Assembly (NCBI RefSeq): GCF_006345805.1
Contig: NC_043006.1
Location: forward strand, 29,698,001 to 29,762,000
Length of the DNA stretch: 64,000 nucleotides
Direction: 5' to 3'
Source: Octopus sinensis
Taxonomy: Eukaryota
The position numbers and the translations under genes were made by a program. Within the stretch, counting starts at the first letter, position 1. Every line of letters starts with the position of its first letter. The notes beneath the pieces were generated by a model. That model was given only the letters and a program-made list of their open reading frames with translations, searched no databases and was not told the origin of the DNA. Below are positions 1-13,721 of the stretch, piece after piece.

Positions 1-525
1 ATACGCAGGGGATTTTTAGGGGACTGTACCTCTGAAAAACCTAAACCTTGTGTATAATACGCACCCCTTCTCTAACTTGAGTTGTGTGTAATTAAGCCAG
101 CAGCACCTAATCAAACAAACACCTCCACGCATGTGTAATACAATAATGGTGATGTTCTTAACTGTTATATGGAAATGTAAATATGTTTGCAAATTGTTTT
201 TGTTACATGCTATTCTGTGTTCTGAATATGTTTATTTTAATAAATGTTGCTTACTGCAAATTATGGATGATTCTTTTATGACTTCATTGCTTCCATTTTC
301 TTTTTATCTAAAATTTGCTCTGTAAAGCCACCCGAGAGAATTTAGGTATTTTCACGTCCGACATCACAAAATGCGTCTGAATAAACATTGCCGGACAGCA
401 AATAGAGACTTGGACATTGCTTAGAAAATATTTTTTATTTTTAACCTCGTATATAGTACGCACTAGGGATTTTGACCTTTAAATTTTGGGGGAAAATGCG
501 GATTATTACTCGAGGATTTACGGTA
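1..525. mobile_element. Right end of a pogo/Tigger-like (Tc1/mariner superfamily) non-autonomous DNA transposon, cut by the window edge
   Basis: Ends in GCGGATTATTACTCGAGGATTTACGG followed by TA (524-525); the reverse complement TACCGTAAATCCTCGAGTA is a typical pogo-type terminus. Subterminal repeats GTATAATACGCAC (~52-64) and GTATATAGTACGCAC (~449-463). Confidence 0.6.
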
Positions 526-1127
526 TATCATTTGTTATCATTCTTGGATGTGGGTGTTTCAGACTATGTATAGAAAAAGAAAAAAAACTCAAGAGATTGT
601 TTATAAGATATTTAGTGACTGCATCTTCATGGTGGCTGATTCCATCCTCAACTTTTCAACCCAAGGATGTTCTGCATACAAGTTACACATCTCTGAAGAC
701 TTGATAATATGCCTTGATTATGTTATTCCCATTATGTAACTAACAATCACCTTACATTAATGAAATATACTTATGATGGTGTAACTAAATTTATCCAGAT
801 ATCTTTAAAAGGTGAATGGTTTTGAGTCTTTGGTCAGCTGGGGGCAAAGTAAATGCGTTGCAATGTACTTATGTGTTGTGAAGCACAGATGTGAATGGTA
901 TGAGCTCCCACCCAGCCTTGGAGCAATTCTGTAGTTGACGGTAAGTCTTTGTAATATGTAACAACTTATGTGTATCCAACATTGTTTTCTCAAACTTTTT
1001 CTCAAAAGCAACTCACCTGCCTCGGGAGTACATATTCTGTTTACCAGTTTGATTTTAAGAATTTGAATTGCCTGAGAACTAATATGGTGCCTTTCTATTT
1101 TTGCAGAAGTACCATCATTCCTACCAT

Positions 1128-1164
1128 ATATATATACATATGCCTGTCTGTCTGTATGTATATG

Positions 1165-1228
<64 letters not shown>

Positions 1229-1314
1229 GATATATATATATATATATACACATATACATATATGTATATATATATACATATACATATATATATACATATA
1301 CATATATGTATATA

Positions 1315-1346
<32 letters not shown>

Positions 1347-1428
1347 CATATACATATATGTATATATGTATATATATATTTATACATATACATATATATT
1401 CATATATGTATATACATATACATATATG

Positions 1429-1481
<53 letters not shown>

Positions 1482-1550
1482 CATATATATATATACACAC
1501 ACACACACATATACAAACACACACATACACACACACAGACACATATACAC
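1128..1550. repeat. Compound (TA)n/(TACA)n/(CA)n microsatellite
   Basis: Seen directly; it accounts for the overlapping YIYI/HTHT ORFs. Confidence 0.97.
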
Positions 1551-2879
1551 TTAAAAAAACAAAAATACAAAAACAATGTTAAAGGTCACCAACCTTCAGA
1601 GAAGATGTGCTTATTTATAAATATGTTGATAAGTATACAATGGAAAAAGAAAAAAGAAAAAAAAGAAAAATACTTTGAAATGAAATTTCAATGAATTGAC
1701 AACACCAAATTGAAAACCTCTCTCTCTCTATCTATCTATCTATCTATCTACCTATTGATATATCTATCTATCCTTTCCCCACCCTTTATCCTTTACTATT
1801 ATTATTATTATTTTCTCTTCTTTGTTAATTGTTCTGAAACCTCTCTCTCTATCCACCCCTGCTTTACCTCTCTCTCTCTCTCTCTTTCTCTCTGCTTGGA
1901 AACAACAATATAATTTCTCAATGGATGAAACCTTCCTATGCCTAACTTATTGAAGTTGTGCAATGTATGGGTATTATATAATTCTCTCTGCTTGGAGGAA
2001 ACCTTCATTGTATACTGCCACTAGTCCACATATATCTGAATTACAATAATTATTAAATAACAATTAAAATTGATTGAAATTCAGTTCATTTAAGCATTAA
2101 TGAAAAGCATTCATGTATGCAACTGTGGAGGTGTTTGTACTTTAGACAACTTGTCTGGATTTATATTCATGTGTGTGTCTGTATGTATTGCATGTACCTA
2201 CCGCATACACATTTGCACATATATACACACATATCATCATTATCAACATACATTTTGCCCTGATCACAAGGGTTGGACAGAACCTTTTTTGTGGCAGATT
2301 TTTCGATGGTCAGATGCCCTTTCCCTTTCTAACCCTAACTTGTTTCCTAGTAGGGCAATATTTCCCCATGGGTAGACGTTTTCAACAAAGATTGAAAACA
2401 AAAGACACTGTTTGTACGACTGTGATGTTTGTTTACAATTCACATACAAGACAAGGAAACACATATGTATACACCCACATACATGTACATACACACACAC
2501 ATATATATATGTACCCACACACACACACATACATACAAACATACATAGATGCATGCATGCATGTCAGAATGGAGAGAGATTACAGCTACTAGGAATTGCC
2601 CTAGACAGAAGAGTGATGCAAAGATGGGTTTTAGAAGAATGAGACGTGGGGAATGCATTTTGAAGTAGAATGGGTTACAAGCATAAAAGTAATAACAGAA
2701 TGCTTGCATTTAAGACATTAGTTTTGCTGTAGACTTGACTTGACAGCATTCACTCGGGGTGGGTTGAGCTGGCCTCATTCATCCTCAATGCTGCATCTCT
2801 CACAAACGCTGACCAGGCCTGGCGATTTGAGGCTAATGACCGCGTGATCTGTAGGGGACAAGTCTTCTGGAGTACAGTG

Positions 2880-4425
2880 AATTTCCAGTCATCTTGTCTT
2901 TGTCACCCCCTTTGTGAGGTTCAGTGTTTTGAGATCATCATTCACTACTTTGTCCCATGTTTTCCTCGATCTCTCTCTTCCACAACTTCCACTCACATTA
3001 AGCAACTGGTACTGTTTTATGCACCTGCCCTTATCCATATGCATCACAGGACCAAACCAGCTCAATTGTCTCTCTTGCACACGACATCTGATTCCTCTTA
3101 TACCAAATTTTTTTCTCAACACATTTACACTTTTGCACACTGACATTGCACATTCAACAGCACATACTTCACTTCTTTCTAATCTTTGCATGTCAGCTGC
3201 ATTCAGGGGCTATGTCTCACTACATGTAGTGTTACTGTCTGTACACAAGCTTCATATAAGAGAGAGAGAGAAAGAGACCTGTTGTGGCCAACAGAGGTAA
3301 TAGCTATCTGAACTTTCTCCATCCAATTCTTTTTCTAGCAACTATACTTTCAGAACATCCTCTTCCACTGCTAATTGTCTCAGTTACTTAGGTAATCTAT
3401 TTCCCAATTGTCCTTAAGATTTACTGTTCCAGCACACCACCCCAATAGAAAACTATTTTCTTTGTTAACCTTCCTGGAATTCCTGCTTACACCTTTCCTA
3501 CCTATCAAACAGAGCCATTTACCTGAGGGGAGTGGAGTTCTGTCTGCTTTCTTGCTTACTAGAACTCTGGTCTTTGCTAAATTGACTTTAAGCCCTACAC
3601 AACTTTTTCTTCAGGTTTTGCTTCCACACCTGGAATTTCTATTCTAATACTATTATAGATCCTGCTATGAGAATGAGGTAAATGAACTGACATATAATAG
3701 TTCTCAAGAGCAGCTGGTCTTAAATTCCTGTTATAGTCTGAAGGACAATGATGAATAGGAGTGGACTGAGAACCAAGCCCTGGTGAACTCCTACCTATAC
3801 CCTAAATTTATCACTGTACTCATGGCTAACTCTCACCTCACTGACTGCACCCTGTACATGGCTTGAATGGCATTCACAAGCCATTTGTCTTCTTCTAGCT
3901 TCTTCAGAGACCACCAGAAAACAGAGCAAAGGACCACGTTGAGAGCTTTCTCCAGATCAACAAATGCCAAGTACAATGGCTTACTTCTAGCTAAATACTT
4001 CTCCTGTAGACTAAGAAGATGACATCAATAGCCCTCTGCATCCCTCCCACATGAAGCAAAGCTGCATCACATCTTGTCTAATTCTGTTCTTCATTAAGAG
4101 GGTTATAACTCTCTCTGTAACTTCCACCTGGTCCTGCAATTTGATACATCTCTAATTACTTCTCTCCTGGCATCTCTTTTACCCTTGTAACAATTGACTA
4201 TAATGCTGCTATACCACTCATTGGGTATGACACTTTCCTGTACAACCTGATTAACTATATAGGGGACTAGGCTGTGTGCTACTCTGCCGGATAGCGTAAG
4301 CATCTCACTGATGATTCTTGATGGACCAGGGACTTTCCCATTCTTCATATCCTTAATTACCTTAACTATCATACTGCTGTTAACTAGGATAGCTGCTCCT
4401 TCCATTGGGAAGACTTTCCTTTCTC
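2880..4425 (-). mobile_element. Degenerate RTE-clade LINE fragment (RT domain to C-terminus)
   Basis: Minus-strand frames give KVPGPSRIISEML (KAPGPDGI-like), LEKALSTWSF/AFVDLEK-like RT motifs, and LSWFGPVMHM...GRERSRKTWDKVVNDDL (RTE C-terminus). Many stops and frameshifts; similar to 44470-46830 and 54068-55100. Confidence 0.9.
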
Positions 4426-4820
4426 CTTAAATATATATATATGCACAAAATATACATGCATTGTGTGAAATGAAAACAGTTACAACTCAACGAAAGGGAG
4501 AAACAAAACACAAGACAAATTTCATGTGTGTTTATATCCAGCTTGCCTTACAATGAACTTCCACTTCCTAAACAAAGTCCAACACTAGTTGAACACAAAA
4601 TGGAAAACTATATATGACCTAAAAAACAATAATAACATAGTTATAAAAGAAGCTAATTAGGGAAGTGCTGTAGTTATTATGAATATGGAACAGTGCAAAA
4701 ATGCCCCATTAACTCTACTTCAAGAAACTGAACACTATAAAATTGTGAAGAACTACCAACATTATCATAACCAACAAAGAAAATGCTTAGCGAATACAAA
4801 AATTGATTATTTAACAAATC

Positions 4821-5028
4821 TTATAGCCAAAACCAGTTTCTCCTACAAACTTTCCAAAATCTACAAAAATAAAACAGTTAATGATGCCTGCAAAGAATCC
4901 CATTCAGTCTGCATAAACATACCCTTTTTGAAAGATCAACATTTTATGTTGAGGTATTATTTTTAACATAGCTTTCAATACCTCAACATAACATGGATTT
5001 CTTTTAATCTGAAGAGCTAGCTTAATAT
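4821..5028 (-). CDS. Candidate last two coding exons (5028-4923 and 4860-4821) of an unidentified gene
   Basis: Acceptor ttattgcAG, 106-nt open exon (D)IKLALQIKRNPCYVEVLKAMLKIIPQHKMLIFQK(G), donor GG|GTATGT, 62-nt intron ending ttttatttttgtAG, in-phase continuation FWKVCRRNWFWL-stop. No homology recognised. Confidence 0.3.
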
Positions 5029-5734
5029 CTGCAATAATTTAAAGATTGTACATATATATTAATGCAGACATGTAATAAATTACTTATTATAAAATATGAT
5101 AAAGTAAATTCTCTATACATGTTTATCAAGTTACGAAACAATTGTCATTAAATAAGAATATCCAATAGTAAAATGAATTTTATCATGGTATATTTCTCTT
5201 GTTATTTATAATTATATATATATATATACATATATATATATAAAAGTGTATGTGGGTATGTGCGTAGGTATGTGCATGTGCGTACTTGTGTATGCATGCA
5301 TATGCATCACATGGTTCTATAGACTGATTATATATATATATATATATATACAGATTTATGAATATATACACAATTATATAGCAACACTATAAAAAAATTG
5401 CCCTCCCCCCCCAAAAAAAATGTGATAAATATATGAAACTTTGCAACCAGGTGCACATGTATGTAAATAGGAACTATTAAGTGCACACATTTAAAATATT
5501 AATACAGGTATGTATATGTATGTGTATGTGCGCAGAAAATTCAAAATAGATTGAATCTAATTTTGAGGCAAGGGAAATAATGATTTAAAAGATATTCGCT
5601 TGTTTACCTAAAATTTCACATTTTCTCATGATCTTATATAATTTCAAGTGTTTTAATCCAAGTTGGAGACAAACACTGATGTTCCATGTGGCATGCTTGA
5701 TAATTGTTAAGGGATTTCTCTCTAAATATGAAAT

Positions 5735-6037
5735 TGTTGTATACTGAAACTGTATACCCCTCCCCGTAAAAAGTGGTTAGCCATTATAAATAGACCAGTA
5801 GCCAGTTGTCAAGAGAAGGTCGAGAGTCGAAGAGTTGAGAGTTGACAGCTCTAGTTGGTGTCTTGTGGAGCAATCAGCAATAATAAGACAGAAGAAGTTA
5901 GTGTATCACTATTCTGGTACGAAGAGATACAACGGTATCCAATGACTAGTAACTATTGTGGCTACTAGCGTAAAACAGCCACTACAGTACAATGGCAGTC
6001 ATGCATCACACCAGTGGGAGGAACCCAATTTACAACA
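5735..6037 (+). repeat. 5' LTR of the Gypsy element
   Basis: Begins TGTTGTA and ends TACAACA (perfect 7-bp terminal inverted repeat, TG...CA). TATAAAT at ~5786. Followed immediately by the PBS-like GGGGTGACGAGG (6038-6049) and gag-like sequence. Confidence 0.75.
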
Positions 6038-9000
6038 GGGGTGACGAGGAACAACAAATTTATGTGGAGTGAAAAAAACCCATTCACACAGAGAGTTTAA
6101 ACTAATTCTCATAGAAAATTAAATATCTTGACAAAAAAGAAACAAGAATTTTGTTGTGCAAACTTATGAAAATTGTAAAATATGGAAGACTTGTTAGCTA
6201 AGGTAGTTGAGTTGCAAAAACAACAACAACAACAACTCAAGGATATGCTTACTCCAGATACTTTCAAGTGTTTGATTTTTGCACAAGGGTTAACAGATAA
6301 AAGGGATGCAGAAATCCAAATGAAAATTCTAGCAAAACTGGAAATAAACCAGGATTTGACATTGCAGAAACTGTCGGAAGAGTGTGATATGATATTAAAA
6401 TTAAGGTATGACATGGAAGAAATTCAATAAAAAAAGCGTTTCCACATAAGACCAGTGCAAAAAAGTTGGAAGACAGAGCGTTGCAGAAAAAACAGAAAAA
6501 ATATCAGGATGTAGACCCGTGTATGGCATGTGGTGGGATGCATCTGAAAAAAGATTGCCCATATGAAAAAGGAAAGTATTTTTGCTGTGGGTTTACAGGG
6601 CATAAAATCCCCCTGCAAAACTGGCAGCAGGAAAAGTTGTGACTACAACAAACAGAAAATTTGTGAATGTGAGAATGGAAACCACCAGTGTCAGAATGCA
6701 ATTAGACATGGGAAGTGACATCACAATCATAAATGAGAAAACATGGGAACAAATGGGTAAACCAAAATTATGGTGTCCAAACAAAATAGCGTATGGTGTT
6801 ATGGGAAGAAAATTATATTTCATGGGCAAACATATTTGTAGTATAATGTTTAAAGGGTGAACCAAAAATGTGAATGTTTATGTGTTGAAAAAATCCATGA
6901 ATTTATTTGGCATCAAAAGTATGGAGAAATTTAATTTATGAGATACATCCACAAGTGTTTTGTGCAATAATGTAAATGGAGCAGTCAAACGATCGAATGA
7001 GGTCAATGAACTGAGACAAAAAATGAAAGGAACTTTCTCCTGTTGCACAAAAACAAAAACAAAGATTACTATCAAAGAAAATTCAAAACTTATTTTCAGG
7101 CCCAAACAGAATGTACCATTTGCAGCATCAGACCAGGTCAATAAGGAACTAGAAAGATTGGAGAGCCTGAATATAATCGAAAAGATTGTCCATGCAGACT
7201 GGGCAGCACTGGTGGTCTACATGAAAAAAATACTAATAGGCTAAGAGTGTGCACAGACTTCTCAACCAGATTAAACGACTGTTTACTCACACACAATTAC
7301 CCACTACCAAACCCAGAAGAAGTATTTGCTGAACTAAAAGGAGGAAAAATTTTCTTGAAGTTAGAACTTTCAGAGGCACACCTTCATGTTCAGTTAGAGA
7401 TTGCACACATCTACCAACAATCAACACGCACCATGGATTGTACAAGTTCAAACGACTGCTATTTGGAGTAAAAGTGGCACCCACCACATTCCAACAAATA
7501 ATGGATGCAATGTTAAGTGATTGCAACTTTGCCATCATGTACCTTGATGACATTTTGATTAAGAGTGAGTCTCAGGTGCAACACATTGAACCCATAAAGA
7601 AAGTATTTGAGACAATAAGTGAATATGGGCTAAAGCTGACAAAAGAAAGATGTGAATTTTTGATGGGAAAAAAAAGATACCCAGGTCCAGTAATCAACGA
7701 AAGTGGATGCAGACTGGACCCATCAAGGGTGACGGCAATATGAAATATGCCACCCTGGATGAACGTGACAATGCTACAAGCATTTCTTAGCTTGGTAAAT
7801 TATTACCAAGTGTAAATCCTTACATAAGGTAAAGGCACCACTTAATGAATTATTAAAAAAAAAATGCCAAATGGGTTTGGATAGAGAAATGCCAGATAAC
7901 ACTTAACGAGTTAAAAAATGTGTTAACTTCAGACTTGCATCTTTCATATTTCAACTCAAAGTTAGAGACAATATTAGCTACAGATGCTAGTGAGTATGGG
8001 ACAGGAGCTGTACTCCTATACAAGGATAACAATGGTAGAAGAAAGGCCATAGCTCACACATCAAGGATAAATTCATTAATAAGACAAAAAGAAAACTGTG
8101 GTCAACAAAAGGAAATAAAGAAAGGTCTGATGCAAAGAACCACCAAGATGTGAATGTGTACTCTGTATGTGATGGTGTACTAATGTACTCTTAGAGGCTG
8201 GTCATACCACAGATATTACAGAAAAGATGTTATAAAAGTTCCATGTGGGATACCAAGTATCTCTAGAATGAAAGCGCTGATGCTAAGTTTTGTATACTGG
8301 CCAAATGTAGACAAGGAATTTTGCAGAGAATGTGCACTGGTAGTGAAACTACCAGCTACAAAATGTGAACCTTGGTCAGAAGAGAAAATACCACGGTCCC
8401 AATTGCATATTGATTTTGCAGGCCTGGTAGATGGATATTATTACTTAATAGTAGTAGACAGCTACACAAAATGGCCTGAGATTGTGAGGTGTAAACGACC
8501 AACCTCATATTCAGTAATAAACTTCTTACATGAGCTGTTCACAAGATTTGGTGACCAGATGTGATTGTCTCTGATAACAGAACACAGTTTGTATCCTGTG
8601 AGATGTTCATGTTAGAACATAAAACTATAGCACTGTATCACCCTAGATCGAATGGAAGTGCCGAACAGTTCAAGGACACTTTTAAGAGAGCTTTAAAGAA
8701 AGCTAATAAGAAAGCCACAGACAAGTTTGTGACCCAACAATTCTTAAGGGTATACAGGGTAACTCCAGACCCAAATGTGCCAGAAGGATGTTCACCAGCA
8801 GAATTAATACTGTTACCAGTGAAGAAAAAAATACATGCTAGTAAAGACATACCAAAATTCTTTAGAATTGATGATGAGGCATATGTAAGAATGTCCAAAA
8901 CTGACAAGCAATATGGGGAAGAAGGAGAAATTGTAGCATACATACATAGAATGATATAAAGTGTAAGAAGCAGAAATGGAATGGAAAGGAGATATAGAAA

Positions 9001-9170
9001 TCAGCTTATGGAAAGAGTCATAGAAAAGGAACCAACAAGAGAAGAAATACCAATGGATTGGCTATGTGACACTTTTCAGGTTCCAACATGGTTACAAGAA
9101 GTCGAAACCACACATGCAAGGAAAAGGAAGAACACTGAATTCCTAAAAGTAGACCCTAAGAAGAAAAGAT

Positions 9171-9175
<5 letters not shown>
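5735..9175 (+). mobile_element. Degenerate Ty3/Gypsy LTR retrotransposon (gag-PR-RT-RNaseH-integrase)
   Basis: Gag zinc knuckle CMACGGMHLKKDC (~6520-6560); protease LDMGSDITII (~6700); RT HNYPLP...RLLFGV...YLDD (7290-7560); RNase H TDASEYGTGAVL (~7980); integrase YWP...CREC, HIDFAG, VVDSYTKW, SDN, HPRSNG (8270-8660). Domain order is Gypsy-type; many stops and frameshifts. Confidence 0.95.
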
Positions 9176-9211
<36 letters not shown>

Positions 9212-9633
9212 GTTTAGGTAGAAAAGGAACACACAAGTTGATATGTATAAGGAAAATAAGATAAGGTAGAAAATGCTAAAATAATTTTATCATGAAGTAC
9301 TAAGAGTAAAATAAGAAAAAAAATTAAATTGGAGAAAGAAAATTAAGTGAAATGCTTTGTAAATATTTCTATAGTCTTCAAATAGGTAAATATAGTCTGT
9401 CTGTCTCTCGTTTGTGAATGCTTGGTAAGTAGGTAGTAGTAAATCTAAAGGAAAATAGTTTTATGAGTACAAAGAATTGATGGTTTAAGCAGGAGCAGGG
9501 GGAGATGAAGAAGGAAGAGAAGTAGGAGTAGGGAAAGAAGAGGAAGAAGGAGAAAGAAAAGAAAAATACAGGAGTGGTATGACACAGTAGATTGTTCTTG
9601 GAATCTTTGATGGTCAATATAAATATATATATA

Positions 9634-9945
9634 ATCATTATCACCATCAGCATCTGTTTTCCATGCTGGCATGGGTTGGACAGTTTGACAGGAACTAACA
9701 AGGCTAGAAGCTGCACCAGGTCCCACAGTGTGTTTTGGCATGGTTTCTACAGCTGGATGCCCTTCCTAATACCAACCACTTTACAGAGCATGCCAAGTGC
9801 TTTTTATGTGACACCATCACCTGTGCTTTTTACATGGTACCAGCACCGAGAGGATCACCAGGTACTTTGCAAGACAAGAACCCCTCAAGTGGGAGCTGAG
9901 AGTAGTATTGAGTGGGTGTGGTTTTGTTCCATTTCACAGATTTAA
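9634..9945 (-). mobile_element. 5'-truncated (GAT)n-tailed RTE 3' end copy
   Basis: CATCAT...TTTCCATGCTGGCATGGGTTGGAC...CTACAGCTGGATGCCCTTCCTAA; same sequence as the 3' end of the LINE at 46860-47205. Confidence 0.85.
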
Positions 9946-10719
9946 GGTATAGGGTGGAGACACAGGTGTCCTGCACAAGATACATGGTGCAAGCATGGGT
10001 ATATGGTAAAGAAGTTTGCTTCCCATTGAGAAAAGGAAGGAATTGCACATGTCCCAAACTTAGTATCTGCAATCAAGAGCGCTAGAAAATACATTAACAG
10101 AACGCATTGTTGTGTTGCTACAAAATTCTAGATAATATGCTGTTTTGCGAATGTAATGATTGAGTCTATCTTTTTGAAAGGAGGTCATTCAAAGAGCTTA
10201 TTCTAAAGAGTTGATTATGCAGCAGTTGCTCTCCTATAATTTAGTTGAAAAATGCTGAGTTTTCAACATCCCTTCTAATCTGTTAAGGGTTAAATAACCA
10301 AATTACAGAGATGAGGAATAATTGAAGACCTACGTCTAAAAGGTGGAACGATTACAATTTACACAGGCAGAGAGAAAATAATCTCTGCAAAGAGTCTATT
10401 CTGATGTAAACCATGTATTAAAGGCCAATTAGAATGTGACAAGAGTTTCTCGAGTAGAAAAGCTACTGATGAATGTCCTTTCATTGTCAACAGCTGTCAT
10501 CCATTGGTTACAAATTGAGGATAGTATTATTGCATGTCACACTTAATAAATTACTCTGTCTGTAAAAGCAGTTCATTGAAGTAAAATGCCAAGGTATACG
10601 CAGAGAGGTCTGCAGACAATTCTGACTTACTGTTTTATTTGGAAGCAGCAAAAATGTATTCACAATACAATGAAGACAGAACAAGAACAACAGACATAGA
10701 ATGGTCATCAGCAAATCTC

Positions 10720-11115
10720 TTTTTATTTTTTATTTGTTTCAGTCATTAGACTGTGGCCATGCTGGGGCACCATCTTAAAGAATTTTCAGTTGAATGAATC
10801 ATCCCTAGTACTTTATTTTTTTAAGCCTGGCACTTGTGCTATCAGTCTCTTTTGCTGAACTGCTAAGTTATGGGGACATAAACACACCAACACCAGCTGT
10901 CAAATGGAGATAGGGGACAGTCACAAACAAAAAGACATACACGCACACACATGCACACATAAAAATATATACAACACTCTTCTTTGAGTTTCTGTCTATG
11001 AAATTCAATCACAAGACTTTGGTTGGCTTGAGGCTACAGTAGAAGACACTTGCCCAAGGTGCCATGCAGTGAGACTGAACCTGGAACTATGTGGTTGGGA
11101 AACAAGCTAACCACA
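10720..11115 (-). mobile_element. tRNA-headed SINE family S1, near full-length copy
   Basis: Reverse complement of the 63535-63955 copy: tail TTTCAGTCATT..GGCCATGCTGG, central CA tract, head GGGCAAGTGTCTT and GGTTCAGTC B-box-like motif. Confidence 0.8.
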
Positions 11116-11407
11116 CCTGTGCCAATACATAGCCATGCTGTGCTTATATGTTTACACTCACTGAAAAAGAGTTAATTATTCAACCTGTGTGAATGCGTCT
11201 TATAAGAACACTAATTTTATCCCCCAAGGCCATGGAAGATTGATTTTGGACTTGGCAGTTGAAGTCTGGGAATGCTGTAGAGATATAATCTAAATTTCTC
11301 CAACTGACACTAATTTATGTCTGCTAGAAGTAGCAGTAAAATCCCTCTCAAATTCCACTTTATCCTCTTTAAAAAAAATACAAACAGATGATGTAATCTG
11401 AAATAAA

Positions 11408-11700
11408 ATACAACAGAACCTTGGTTTACAAATTTAATTTGTTCCTGAAAGCCATTTCTTCACCTGAAATATTTGTTAGCCAAAACTCTGTTTCCCATGG
11501 GAAATTCAAGAGAACCCATAGTGAATTCAATTTGAGATATGCACTGAGCAAAAAGCTAGACAGCAACTGACATATGCTCCCACTGACATTTCCAGCTTGT
11601 CACCAACTGTTTGTTGCCAGCTTGCATGTTTGTTACTTGAGGCACTATTCAACACCCAAAATATTTTATGTTCAAAAAATTATTTGTAACAAGATTTGTT
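11408..11700. mobile_element. Possible Tigger/pogo-like MITE remnant
   Basis: Starts TACAACAGAACCTTGGTTTACAAATTTAATTTGTTCC, resembling Tigger-type termini; no matching second end found. Confidence 0.3.
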
Positions 11701-13687
11701 CATGATTCCAACTCATGCCAGCATGGAAGGCGGATGTTAAATGATGATGAGGAGGAGGAGGAGAGATGTTTGCAAACAGAGATTCCACTGCATATCTGAA
11801 ATGATGGGGTGGTCATGGCTAGAATGACCTTCATCATAAGTCTGCTCAATCTGGACTGATTGAGGTTAAATAACAACTTAGTCAACAAACGACTATGGCA
11901 AGAGAAATTTTGAAAGTATAATGTTGTTAACAGGCCTTCTTAGAAAAGCAGAAAGTTACTCCACTTATAGCCAACCAGTTGAATGTATATCATATTATGG
12001 AGGAGGAAGAGGAGGACATCAAAGGAACAATAAAACACAGGGAAATAGACAGTTTCCAAAGAAGCTTAATATAAAATGTTAGTCACAAAAATATGTCTAT
12101 TTAGGAGAGGTAGATTCTACAAGACAGACATTACAATGATAATTAGCAGCACAGTTGATAGCGGGTGGGGGGGTCAATAATAAGGATAGATTTATGCATG
12201 TATATTTTTATATTTGTATATTTACGATCAGATTCTTGTATATTTCCATTTTTTTCTTAATTTCTGGTTTGGTTTATCAAATACAATTGGTAAATTTTAG
12301 CAAAAAGGCATCTGATAGTTATGTTGATAAGATTTAGTAGATGCGACTTTACATTTACTCAAACCTGTATCAACTTTCATTTAGCAAGATACCAATATAC
12401 CCTTTGCTTGTACAAAATTCCTTTTACATTTCGTTTACTATAAAAACTAAAAATTGAAACATTTCTATAAATTATAAAAGGAAAATTTTTTAGGGCAGAA
12501 AACACTACTTGTGTAACCTTGAAGGTTAAAACACCTCTATCTACCCTTTTAACCATAGCAGCTTATGTAAAAAATATACTGATTTTAGTTTCTAATTCCA
12601 GAATCTATTGCAAATATACACATATTGTGAAATTTTATAAAAACATCCATAGTAATGGTTAAAAATAAATTTTAAAATTTATTTATATTATACAAGTGTT
12701 TTATGAATTAATGCATGCAAACTTTCAATTGTTGATTCTATTCAAAAATAACCTTAGTTTCTACTTGTATCTTTTGAAGGTTACACAACCCATTGAAAAA
12801 CAGAATAAAGAATATAGAAGTCCCACTCAGTAATGCATGTGCAGACATAGCAGTTTTATTTCACTTCAACAGACATCATTCGGTTTTGCTTCTCATCATA
12901 TTGTCTCTTATCTGTAGGGGCTACAGAAAGATTGGCAATCTCTAACATATTGGCTGGTGTGGTTGATCACCAGGTTGTTTTAGAAGTACTAGTCATTATT
13001 ACAAAATTCTTTATTTGTTCAGCTAAGTTCTTAATTGGAGACAATTGCTCTCATTGCTGTGGTCATCACTGTTTAATACTTTCTTGTTGTTCTTGCAGCT
13101 AAAGACGACTGCCAAAGTACAATTTTTCTCATTTTGCTAAAGTGGATTTCTTTTAGGACTCATCCATCTTTCATTTACCAAATGAGGAGAGCAAACCAAT
13201 TCAGTATACAATGTTTGGTGGTGAAAAAGACTTTAGTGTGTAATACCCTGTTTTCCCATGTGAGTCAAGAAACTGCTTTTCTTCTAACACTTTGTTACAT
13301 ATGTCTCATTACCAAACAATAAAACACATGTACGTATCAATGCTGTATGGGCTGATACGCACTGCCATCTTGGTACTGATGGCAAGTTTCATAATCTTCC
13401 AGAAAGGTGTACTAAGCTGACTAAGGTTAAATAATAACTGAATCAACAAAAAGAAAAAGAAAAATCATGTACTTTCTGAGCAAATGATTTTTGACATCAA
13501 AGAGAGAGAGAATATTGCTGTTAACATTTCCTACACTTTGTAATTAATTGCCCATGATAATGAATGGTGAGTTATTTTGTATCGTGGCCCTGCATATTTA
13601 TCATTTTCAGGCTGATAGTCAATCTAAAGTTTGCAGGGTGTGCAACTGTAGTGTCTACAGCATCATTAGCAATTGATATATCTCAGA

Positions 13688-13721
<34 letters not shown>

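Noticed and set aside
805-1694. Long ORFs of [12 protein letters not shown] type here and near 21171-21682, 23919-24491, 57131-58146 and 61439-62001
   Set aside because: They are translations of dinucleotide microsatellites that lack stop codons; not genes.
4679-4966. 95-aa plus-strand ORF
   Set aside because: K/N-rich with no motif; the splice-supported reading is on the opposite strand.
12855-13100. Minus-strand frame interrupted only by four TGA codons (possible CGA decay or recoding)
   Set aside because: Four stops in about 85 codons is near chance, no family motif was recognised, and no SECIS-like structure was seen.
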